DNA of 64,000 nucleotides. Source: Octopus vulgaris. Lineage: Eukaryota. This document shows, one piece after another, positions 53,447-64,000 of the stretch. A program made the translations under genes and the position numbers. The number at the start of each line of letters is the position of its first letter. Position 1 is the stretch's first letter. Location of the stretch: positions 7,006,001 to 7,070,000 of the forward strand of contig OX597820.1 of the NCBI GenBank assembly GCA_951406725.2, read 5' to 3'. Below the pieces are notes generated by a model. It saw only the letters and a program-made list of their open reading frames with translations. It had not been told where the DNA came from and searched no databases.

Positions 53447-53629
53447 TGCACATGCCGAGATTACACAATCATCTGAGTGCAAAATGAATAAAGTTTGGGA
53501 ACAAAACTGAGCTTGTCAAGAACATTTTATTATTGTATGCATCACACAATCGTAAAAAAACTATATGTGTATGTATGTGTATACACATGTGTATCTGTGT
53601 GTGTGTGTGTGTGTGTATACACATGTGTA

Positions 53630-53671
<42 letters not shown>

Positions 53672-54059
53672 TGAGTGTTTGCTTCTTGCTAATATATTAC
53701 CTCATGTTTGAGGCAGGTCGAATTTTAAAGGCAAATTGAATGTTTAACGGACATTTACATATTTATGGCAATTCACATGTAGATATATTCCCATGTAGAC
53801 ACATTCACATACACACACTCACACACACACACATTCATATATCTACAAACATGTAGATTCTTTCTTATGTTTCCCATCCAAACATTTACATATAAGGAAG
53901 CGCACACATTCATACACCTTCAGTCACAAATATTCACACATTGACACGCACTCACATACAGAAACAAAACACACGTTCTCATATACTTAAAGATATTCAT
54001 AATTTCATTCACACATAGGTTCGCAGACGCACACACACACACAAATATACATACACACC

Positions 54060-54111
<52 letters not shown>

Positions 54112-54284
54112 CAAACTTCCTTGTATTCCTATTTAGATGACAAACATACAAGTTGGTTCAAATATACATAATCATGCATACATTTGTGTTTGTAGGTAAA
54201 TGTATTTAGGCATTTAACATATATATGTATGTGTGTGTGTGTGTATGTGTGCGTGTGTGTGAGTGTGTGTGTACAGAGACATAA

Positions 54285-54322
<38 letters not shown>

Positions 54323-54719
54323 TGAATGTATAATATGCTAAATGCTAACATTATATCTGTGTAATATCTATAATTGTCACACTGACTGTGAAAACACCCA
54401 AACAGAAAAAGGAATACGAAAAAATATATATAAAAAAAGAATGAAATAAAAACAAAATCTGATAAATAATCGATCGGTAATCAATGTGTACGGTATCGGC
54501 TGGCAACGAAGTAAAGAAGACTGTAACGAACAGCAAAGGCTAGAAAAGAGAGCGGAACGTATGAGTCGCCATTTTAGATGGAAATAAATGAATATGTTGC
54601 ATTAGCCTACATTATTGCGATTGTTGTAAGTCAGAGATGACTGGGGGTGGGCATGTGGAGCGGGGTGAACTTGACATCTAAAGAACATCACAGAATCTAT
54701 GATGTAAGCTTTCAAATGT

Positions 54720-55040
54720 TAGCATATTTTGAAAGAATTGGTAAAACATCGCCGCGTTTAAGCGTATATATTCTTCGGTGTATTGTTGTAATCGCGATAA
54801 AGATGTGGTTTATTTATTCTGTGAGAAGAGACAGACCAATTTTGAGGTCATTTGGGATTGGTGGACGGAGAAGAGCAAAATAGGCCGAGGTATATACAAC
54901 CTGGTAGGAATACTTCTAACACGCTGGACTCCACTGAATATATCAAGTAAAAAGACATGTAGTTTGGGTTCTGGTTTACATATTCTCATCAAATCGCTTG
55001 ATATTTCATTTCATCTGTACGCATTACCAGTGGAATAATT
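54720..55040 (-). pseudogene. Possible old LINE RT C-terminal remnant
   Basis: Weak. The minus strand ends ...RRCFTNSF, as in L2/CR1-group C-termini; heavily degraded. Confidence 0.3.
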
Positions 55041-57968
55041 TAAAATATTTCGGCAAAATTACTAGGCCAACGAGACAAAAATGTCCAATATTTTATGATG
55101 GCATTAAGTATGATGTTGTGAGGGGCATGCCTTTCCAAATTGCAATAAATATAATTTGCGAATGAGTTATTTCGTCAACCGAAATATTTAGTAATGGTAA
55201 TTATTATTAACTATTTCCTCGTTTAATTATGATTTAATTAACTGATATATGCATACATTTGAGTTACAGGAGCACACCTTGCGTGTCTCTAGAGCGGGTC
55301 CTTTAAATTAGCTGCACAGTCCACCTTGTACTCCACCATATTGAACTGATTAATCTTACACATTTGTATTAACGTTATCTTTGTTTAGATTGAGCATTAC
55401 ATCATGAGTTACGAGTCTAATCCATTACATTTTACGGAAAGTGGCTGAGTGTTCCGCATACACAATAGAATCATAGTGATGTTTCCTGTGACAAAGTTAC
55501 ACCTGTCATTCAGAATCATTCTGACAGGTAGCAGTGTTATATTTTGTCACGCAGTGTTATATTTTGTCGCCACACAAAGATTATTGCTGCGATCCACCAC
55601 ATAACGATTATTATTGGGATCCGAGCTTATGCTTCATAGATCACATAAGTCCAAGTGCATTGCAAAAAGGTGTACAAACAATATACGTACCCATGCTGCT
55701 TCCTATCTGATTCTCAGACGCGCTTGTAACTCTTTAGGCGATCTCAATAGGTAATATCGAAGAGAGATAACTCTGAGCAGATTTTAAATCATAGCTTTAA
55801 ATAAAACACAGTCAAAAGCGCTGATTGAGTTGCGCCATGAGACCGCCAGGTCGAAAGAAATTCATTAATATCACTACCTAGCAGAGATTAGGCATCAGCG
55901 AACTTTCGGTGAGTTAAAATATGACTGTGACGTATTTCAAATTTCAGAGGCAAATTTGGTGATGTTGACTGTGTTTCACTTAAAGCTAAGGTTTTAACAT
56001 CTGCTCAGATTTACCTCACTTCTGTATTTCCTATTGATAATGACTACAGAGCTAGAAACAAATCTGGGAATCCGACAGGGGCAGCAGTGGACAGATATGG
56101 CGTTCTCACAACTATTTACCCTAACAGAGAATTGTTTTCATCACGATAACTACAGCAAATTTAGCTTAGAAGTTGAAATATATCACAGACATATTTCAAG
56201 TCAACTAAAGTTCGGTCGTGACTAATCACTACATGGAGCTAATACTGCTAAATACACACACATTACTATTATTACTATTATTATTATTACTATTATTATT
56301 GATGTTGTTTATATTATTATTATTAGCGACAGAGCAAATATTATTCAAAAAAAGGTAATAGTCATCCCTTCTTCAACGTAGATGTTCTGCTGAACAGAGG
56401 ACACTGCAGTAGCTACCATGAAAGAAACTTTATATTAGCATTCGGTGCGTAAAAGCACTCTTGTTTCTATCGCCAGCGGGGAAATAAATCACCTGCCACC
56501 ACCAGTGCCTTGACCACCAAGTCTCTTCATTCCAGCCATCCCTTGTCTTTGTATATCTGTGTTTGTGTGAGTGTATATATATATATCCAAACACATATAT
56601 TTATATATAAGAAAATACAATAAAAAATATTGTACGTAGATTATATATATATTTTACCTTTTCACTTGTTTCAGGCATTAGACTGCGGCCATGCTAGGGC
56701 ACCACTTTGAATAGTTTTAGTCACACTAATCGATCTCAGTATTTATTTTTCTTTTGTATAACCTGTAACTATTTCATCCGTTTGAAAGAAGTCCGTCGGA
56801 AATGTGTGTGTATGTGTGTGCGTGTGTTCGACTTAAGAGACTTTGGTGAGTTTGAGGCTATAATAGAAGACACTCATCCAAGTACCACTCAGCGGGACTG
56901 AACCTCGAACCGTGTGGTTGGGAATCTATGATATTACCTAGATGTACATGCATAGCGAGTGACTTGATCTGAGATCGTGTGCTGGAATACCTTCCACGCT
57001 GCAATTGTTTATGATATTACCATTTAATATCAATAACCGACGAGTTATCATATCAACTATAATTAAGATATCTGTTGTGCTGCTAGCAAGAAAACTATTT
57101 CGTTAAAGTTAGTTTCTCCAGTTCATTTTGGCAGCTGATGATCGCAACTGGGAAGTACACGATTACAGAAATGCAGGATGGGGTCAGGCCTGTGGCTAAA
57201 CAAAAACAACAGCAACATCTATTTGTTTGGAAAACCTGTATCGTGTATAATTCTGCTCTCATTCTTTGGTCTATAACTTACTGAAATAGTGGAGTAAATT
57301 TAGAATAGGATTGTCAGTGGCAGAGGTACCATAGATGGACTCTGAGACTCGGAGAAGGAGAAGGGGAAGAAATTGTCCAAAGATTTGAGAGAAAGCTGAA
57401 ATATTTCCATCAGACTGTACCTCTTCCAAAGACATCTAGTGACCAGTCGGTGTTCCTTAACCGAGCAGCCTATTCCCATCGAAATGTTTAAAAGCATTTT
57501 CCGTCGACATTATTTAGCGTATTTTACTTAGGTCTATACTCAACTATAAAAGGACTCCCTTTCTCGAAACATCACAAAGAAGAATCGAACTCAGATCTCT
57601 GCATCATTACACAGTGAAGATCTTTTTTTTTTTATAGAATGGATCTGTGTTATTTTCACAGCTCCAAACCAGATGTTGCACACAACAATTAATAACTCCC
57701 TGTTTTTCGCCAAAACTACTCCCTGCTTTAATAAAACTGGTCAGCTCAGATGACAATAGAATGATGCTTCGTTATTCTTCAGAGATTTGCCTCACGGAAA
57801 GATTAAAGATGCAGAATATTAAAGTAATTAGAAAAATAATTGTGTTTTAGCGGAGAATACATACTTATATGAATGGATGGTTTGACATTGAGGGTGTGTG
57901 CTGATGTTTATATAATGAGTATCATGACGTACATGCATACATATACACACACACGCACACACACACAG

Positions 57969-58040
<72 letters not shown>

Positions 58041-58796
58041 GTATTAACATACAAAATTTTTTCATATAAGAATTCATACTCTCAAATGCATACATGTATC
58101 ATGTGGACGTGTGTGTGTGTATATATATGTGTGTGTGCGCGTGTGTGTTTGTGTCTGCGTGCATATGTATAGGCATAAACATACATATCTGTGCGTGAAA
58201 GTGTGTGTGTATGTGCAGAATAAGTTTTTAATTTGCTTTTATATTCAATTATTGTGTACAAATGTATGTTCTTTTGTGTCTCGTTACGTGCGTATATCTA
58301 TGACCTGGTCTCCGCGCGCACATACACATACACGCACGCACACACACATATATACATACATATACATACATTCCTACATATATATATATATGTATATATG
58401 TGTGTATATGTATGAATGTATGTATGTATATGTATGCACTATGTATATATGTGTGTATATATGTGTATTTCTTTATGCGCCTATGCGTGATTTGTGGAAA
58501 TTCAAATGACAGAGTTCAAATTATGATCAAGTTTTTCTCCTTCAACGTCTCTCTGCTTTCTTTTATCCTCTCTCTCTCTATCTCCCTCTCTCTACATTTT
58601 AGCCTCTATCTAATGCTCTATCTCTCTCTGTCTCTCTGTCTCTCTCTTTCATTGACTCTTTCTGTTCCTATGTTTTTCTTTTTATTTCTCCTTCTTTCCT
58701 CCCTCTCCAATACAACATACGAATAAATATATTCACGATGGGACGAACGATGTGAGCCAGGTATTTATGCATTTAATACCAAATACATTCTCTCTT

Positions 58797-58829
<33 letters not shown>

Positions 58830-58949
58830 TTCTCCCACATAGACATAGAAACACACATACTCAGACAAACACATAAGCATTACACTACACGCATATAATT
58901 GAATAGATACATACTCACAGAAGCGCACACATACAAACACACGAACATA

Positions 58950-59004
<55 letters not shown>

Positions 59005-59073
59005 CATTATCCAAAAATCCTCTAAGCTATGTTTAGTCATATATATATGAATATACATAAATGCATACATATA

Positions 59074-59127
<54 letters not shown>

Positions 59128-59168
59128 TATACTCATATACGCGCAGATATTCAAACTCGTAAATGTAC

Positions 59169-59226
<58 letters not shown>

Positions 59227-59830
59227 CATACATAAATACATACATATATAAGTATATATACATATATATGTGCGCATGTGTATGTGTGAATGTGTTAGTG
59301 TATATATATATGTTCACACAATAGTAAATATGGTAGTTTGCAGCTCGAAATGAAGGGTTGCTTACAATAGTTCGTGAAGCTTATTTTTGTCTCAAGAAGC
59401 ATACAGACATATAACACACTCACAAACACATACACTCGCATATAAATACGTACGTGCGTATACGCGTGTGCGTGTCTATGAGCATATGCATATATTTGTT
59501 TATACATACGTGTGTGTATGTAGATATATATGTATGTATGCTTGTATATTGAGATAAATACATAGATACGTATCCATCTATATACGTATTAATATATATA
59601 TATATGTATATGTATACAGACGTATATATAGGTGTGTGTGCTTGTGTTTTTGTGTGGAATGTGTCTGTGTGTATGACTATATATAATCTGAATGCACTCG
59701 TATAAGTATAGTCTTACCTTAGGTATCGTATAACATTTACCTTTTTCTTTTTTTGTTCTGTTTATTCTGTGAGTGGTAAGTTTTTTTTTTGTTTTTTTTT
59801 TTTTAGTGCTTAATACCTATATTTGGCCGA

Positions 59831-59880
59831 GTCTCCTTGACAATCATTGTTCTTGAAATGATGGAACGAAAACGGTCGAC
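59831..59880 (+). ncRNA. Degenerate hammerhead-like motif (U3A8)
   Basis: gtctcc|TTGACAA|...gttc...gaac|GAAA acgg TC|gac; the stems are imperfect. Confidence 0.4.
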
Positions 59881-61055
59881 AAGAGAAACCATTACCAAAC
59901 ATTAGCGTATCCAACTTCGATTCTGCTGATGCTTATGGCAACCTCAGAAAAATTCAATTAGTTTGGAAAATTTTTCCACTTGTTTTTGGACAAGTGACTC
60001 TGTGGTAAACTGGCCTGTGTCTGGAATATTCTCTCCAATATTGTGTTTTTTATCCAATTTTATGGTTTAATTCCAGCAAGTTAGTTGAGTGCATGGCGTC
60101 TTTTTATAGAAAGACGGGCTTAAGACGTCACCCAGTTTAACACCACACACAGTAAACACATTTGCTGCGTACAATACCAAACCATTAGCCATCGAGATAA
60201 AGGGATGACTCTGGGACCTCTCTATCTACTAGAAAAAGCACTCCGACCTAACTTCCATTAAATAAGAGCTACTTAAGTTTGGAAACCGTACAATATATAA
60301 TATAGGCCTAGAATACAAGATGAGCACGTCTTGAATTCTACTTATCATAGGTCTGATGAATAAGGTTTAACCTGGGGTTAAATACCAACAAAAATAACGA
60401 ATGATGCTGGGGCCTTTTTTTTCGTTTACTCTCTGTAAAAATTGGTGAACCTTGCACAAAATTTAATAGGTTTTCACCATTTTCCTTGAAAAAAGTCTTC
60501 CAAAAATAAAGGCTGTGCGTGAATGGTATCAATCAAACGATAGAATACAAGTCGATGCTAAAAGCTAATATGATTTTAAGGATAAAGTTTAGAGTTTTAA
60601 AAATAATTGAAGGTTTTGAGACGTCGGAACGAATTATCTCAAGAGAAAAATAGACACAGTGGATAATGTAGCCATGCGATGGTGGTGGTGGCGGTGGTGG
60701 TGGTGATGGTGGTGGTGATGAGGGTGATGATGATGATGATGGCGATTATGGTGAGGATGATGGTGGTGATGAGGATGATGGTGACGATGGTGATAATGGT
60801 GTGGAACTAAACGGAATTATTGTATTGATAGTAACAGCAGCAACAACAACGGCAACAGTAGCAGCAGCAGCAACAGCAGCAGTAGTAGGAGGAGGAGGAG
60901 GATGACGAGGAGAGGGATGAGGAGACGGTAAAAGTCTAAATACTATGATAAAACGTGACTCAAGATTTGAAATTCATGATGTAATTAAATGAAGTCCTAT
61001 ATTAAAATGGATAAACGATGTTTTTACATACATACATACATACATATACATGTAT

Positions 61056-61091
<36 letters not shown>

Positions 61092-62030
61092 GTAACTAAG
61101 ATGGATTATGAAACAGCTGTGACCTAATGAACTAAACAACTATTCCATCAATTCTTTTATTTCATAATTTTTTATACATACTCTCCACCATTGAAATGCT
61201 TGGATCTTCAGAAATATGCTGAAGTTACATCCTAGCCTTAACCACGGGTTTTTTTGTTATCCACACACCAGGCAGTGAACCTAATGTGAGCTCTGATTCT
61301 TTGAATCCCTACTCTTACACACACACACACACACATATATATATAAGAGTATTCTACCAATTATATACGCTTTTATTAGTTTTTGCAATTTACTTAATCA
61401 TCAATATGTAATTGTTATTTTGATTTTAATATTTCTATTATATGTAATTTTCTAGATGGTGTAATTTAATTGTTCATTTTGAATTGATAAAAGGTGGGTT
61501 TTTTTCTAATTTTTATATATATATTATATTGTGCGAAATTTGATTTAGTATTTCTAAATTGAATTTTTCCCTGTAGGTTAGGATTAATATTCCTTCAAAT
61601 AATTATTTTATATATATATGTAGCTTTATAGTTGTGCTTTTGAATGTATTAATTCTTTCCGTTTCCTCGCCTACTGTTATTTTCTGTTATCTTGGTGCTG
61701 TTCGGTGGTGTAATTAAGACTGTAGCTCCTATTTCTAGCAGGTTTATTCTTTTATGCATCCTTATGCTTCGTGCAAATTTATAATTTATAACTAAATAAT
61801 GCTATTTGCCTGCGAACCACCATGTTACTACTGTTGATACCATCAATTTTAAATTTTATCCACAGATGATATTAACAGTAGTGACATCTTATCTCAAATC
61901 TTAGTTTTTGAATGTTTTGTTTATATATATATATATTTATAAAAATATATAGACACACGCACATGCACACAAATACATCGGAAAATAGAAGCTGAAAATG
62001 CACTGAGAATACTTAAAATATTATTTGATG

Positions 62031-62068
62031 CTTTAACCGGTTTCGCAGTTTACACTGATTTTCAAAAG
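62031..62068 (-). ncRNA. Hammerhead-like motif (U3A8)
   Basis: Minus strand ctt|TTGAAAA|tcag tgtaaa ctgc|GAAA ccgg TT|aaag, with a palindromic CCGG loop. Confidence 0.55.
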
Positions 62069-62730
62069 TTCAAATAGAAAGACATGGCTTATATCGCAGC
62101 TGTCTTGCTTCTGACTAGTGTTTGAAGCTTGCCCTGTTTTTTGTAGGGAGCTTATGGCTCGAATTAGTATATGTTTCGAATAGGATTTTATTGGACTTAG
62201 AATTTTTTGTAGGTTCCCCGCTACATCCGTGTGTTAGAAGCTAGTGAAAATGTTTGGCATCCTAAGATAAGGCTGACACAGTTGAGTGAACATGTCCAAA
62301 CAATCAATGTTCTGAATGTTTTCTGTCATATATATATATATGTATATATGTACTAACAAAATAATAAATGGAACATATGCATGCATACATATATGTGTAT
62401 ACCTACAAAAAAACGTAGGTCACAACGAGAAACGCAAACATAAAAACAAAAACATGGAAACGGACTTTTTCAAACAACGAAAAAACAGAGTACAAGACAT
62501 ACAGCACAAGGAACGTTCCCCTTCTTCAGCTGCCCCTGCTTCGACTACTCCGTGTTTCGAATGTATTGGCAATGTTTAGCGGCATTTCGTCCGTTTATAC
62601 GTTATATATATATATATATATCGCTCAGAGATTTAATATAAAATATTTCTCTCTTGTACGAGACCAGCGACAGTGAGTCGCTAGAAAAGTATATAGTAAT
62701 TTTCGAATGGAATGAGCTTGCTAGTGCTTA

Positions 62731-62775
62731 ACACGGGCTGAGGACGGCTCACCACCCAGAAACTCGAGTCCGTGT
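62731..62775 (+). ncRNA. Hammerhead-like motif (C3G8)
   Basis: acacg gg|CTGAGGA|cggctcaccaccca|GAAA ctcgag T C|cgtgt: palindromic stem-III loop, GUC triplet, weak stem II. Confidence 0.55.
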
Positions 62776-62964
62776 GTATCACGGAAGGCTAGACATGGAA
62801 GTGATTACCTCCCCTCGCGAATACTAATCGGACACACAATGTGTGTGGTTAGCCAGCTGGAGGAGATGTCTTCCTGGGGCTATAAACAACAATAGCACTG
62901 TCCTGTATAGAGCGCCACACTTAGCTGGTAGATATATATATATAAATAAATTTATAAGTAATAA

Positions 62965-64000
62965 TCTCTTATTATAAAAGGCAGATTTTATCTGCCTCCC
63001 TTTGTAATTTATAGAAATCTACAATATAGGATTTCTTCAATTACAATTTACCTAACATTTTTAAGAGTAGAATGCATCGGGTCATGTCAGGTCCAGTTTT
63101 TAAAATTTAAACTCCAATTAAGCAAAATTTACAGAAAACTCACATTCTGGTGTGTATGTCAAATGCTCTTCTTAATGTGGTTTACACCACACGCAAACGC
63201 ACACACACACACAAAGGGAACGAACTGTTTCACTGACGCTATCACCCTTCTCCTCCTTTGTTTTTGCAAGTTTGCAGCTATTAAAGTGAAAACAGTGAAT
63301 CCGACAGCGATAAAGAAAACGAATTGGTACCTGAATGGAGTGAAAATTTTAAAACTGTTTCTTTCGGTGATCTTTCTGAAGAAACTGGACCAAGCCACAG
63401 ACTTTCCCAGAAGAGTAAAGCCTTACACTATTTCTATTTACTTTTTCGAATGAGCCCATTTGAAATCATTACGGCAGAAACGAAACGTTACGCTAAACGT
63501 AAACAAATCGAAAGTTTGTTATTTCCCACAACCTTAAATGAAATTAAGGCCTATTTTGCCATAAATATTATTATGGGTATCAGAAAGTTACCCAGAATAA
63601 CAAATTATATCGTAAAATTTTGTTGTATACCCAATTGAATATTAGCTAATAACCCATTTTCTATAGCGATGTTTGAACAAAATTTTAATAATTTTATATA
63701 TTGTTGAATTTACCTGTATCTACCTGCAATTAGAGTCACTTTGTGACAAAAATTATAGTATAGAATTGGTTGAGGACATTTCATTAAATTATCTTCCAAA
63801 AATCACGTTAATATATTGATAAATAAAAAAGTTATTTTTGTTTAATGAAACCAGACTAAATTTATGATTACGTTAGAAAATAATTGAAACACATAAGGGG
63901 TGTATTTTGGTCAGAAATATAGTAACGAAAGGGTTAAGAAAAACCAAACCGGGTATCTTATAGTCGTGAGTCATATCGAGCCCTTCTGGGTATTAGCGCG
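62965..64000 (+). mobile_element. Helitron-like composite element running off the window edge
   Basis: Starts A|TCTCTTATTATAAAAG. 63942-64000 matches the Helitron body at 52800-52865 and 5105-5170 in reverse complement. Confidence 0.6.
63330..63937 (+). pseudogene. piggyBac transposase N-terminal fragment plus piggyBac-type terminus
   Basis: ETGP...ALHYFYLLF...FEIITAETKRYA...PTTLNEIKAYFAINIIMGIRKLPRITNY is the typical piggyBac N-terminal region. Terminus ...gtaacgaaaggg|TTAA at 63933/63934-63937. Confidence 0.8.

Noticed and set aside
54860-54875. tggacggagaa matches the 5' half of miR-184
   Set aside because: Only an 11-nt match, the 3' half diverges, and there is no hairpin.
57300-57500. 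YLFQR motif reminiscent of the CRE-clade retrotransposon C-terminus
   Set aside because: Too short and degenerate to support.
62510-62570. Permuted (type II) hammerhead: GAAA upstream of CTGAAGA on the minus strand
   Set aside because: Stems I and II do not pair convincingly.

Overview
AT-rich, extremely microsatellite-dense eukaryotic non-coding DNA. The repeat repertoire ((TA)n/(CA)n/(TATG)n/(AAT)n tracts and abundant tRNA-derived SINEs) suggests a coleoid cephalopod, probably Octopus (inference). I found no credible host protein-coding exon: almost all ORFs in the track are translations of microsatellites or SINEs. The real coding signals are transposon-derived: a 5'-truncated Penelope-like element (PLE) with an uninterrupted RT/GIY-YIG ORF (6126-7328), a CR1 LINE 3' end, R4/Dong, RTE, Tc1 and piggyBac remnants. 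Non-autonomous Helitrons, a MITE and at least four SINE-like families are also present. The most interesting signals are: (i) about ten minimal type-I hammerhead-ribozyme-like motifs, many in PLE-like termini and palindromes, whose core positions 3 and 8 co-vary (C3G8, U3A8, A3U8); (ii) SINE concatemers with a recurrent, precise junction, flanked as whole units by target-site duplications; (iii) (AAT)n microsatellites acting as landing pads for nested R4/Dong-type insertions; (iv) a Helitron/piggyBac chimera at the right edge. All structure calls are by eye and none was computed.
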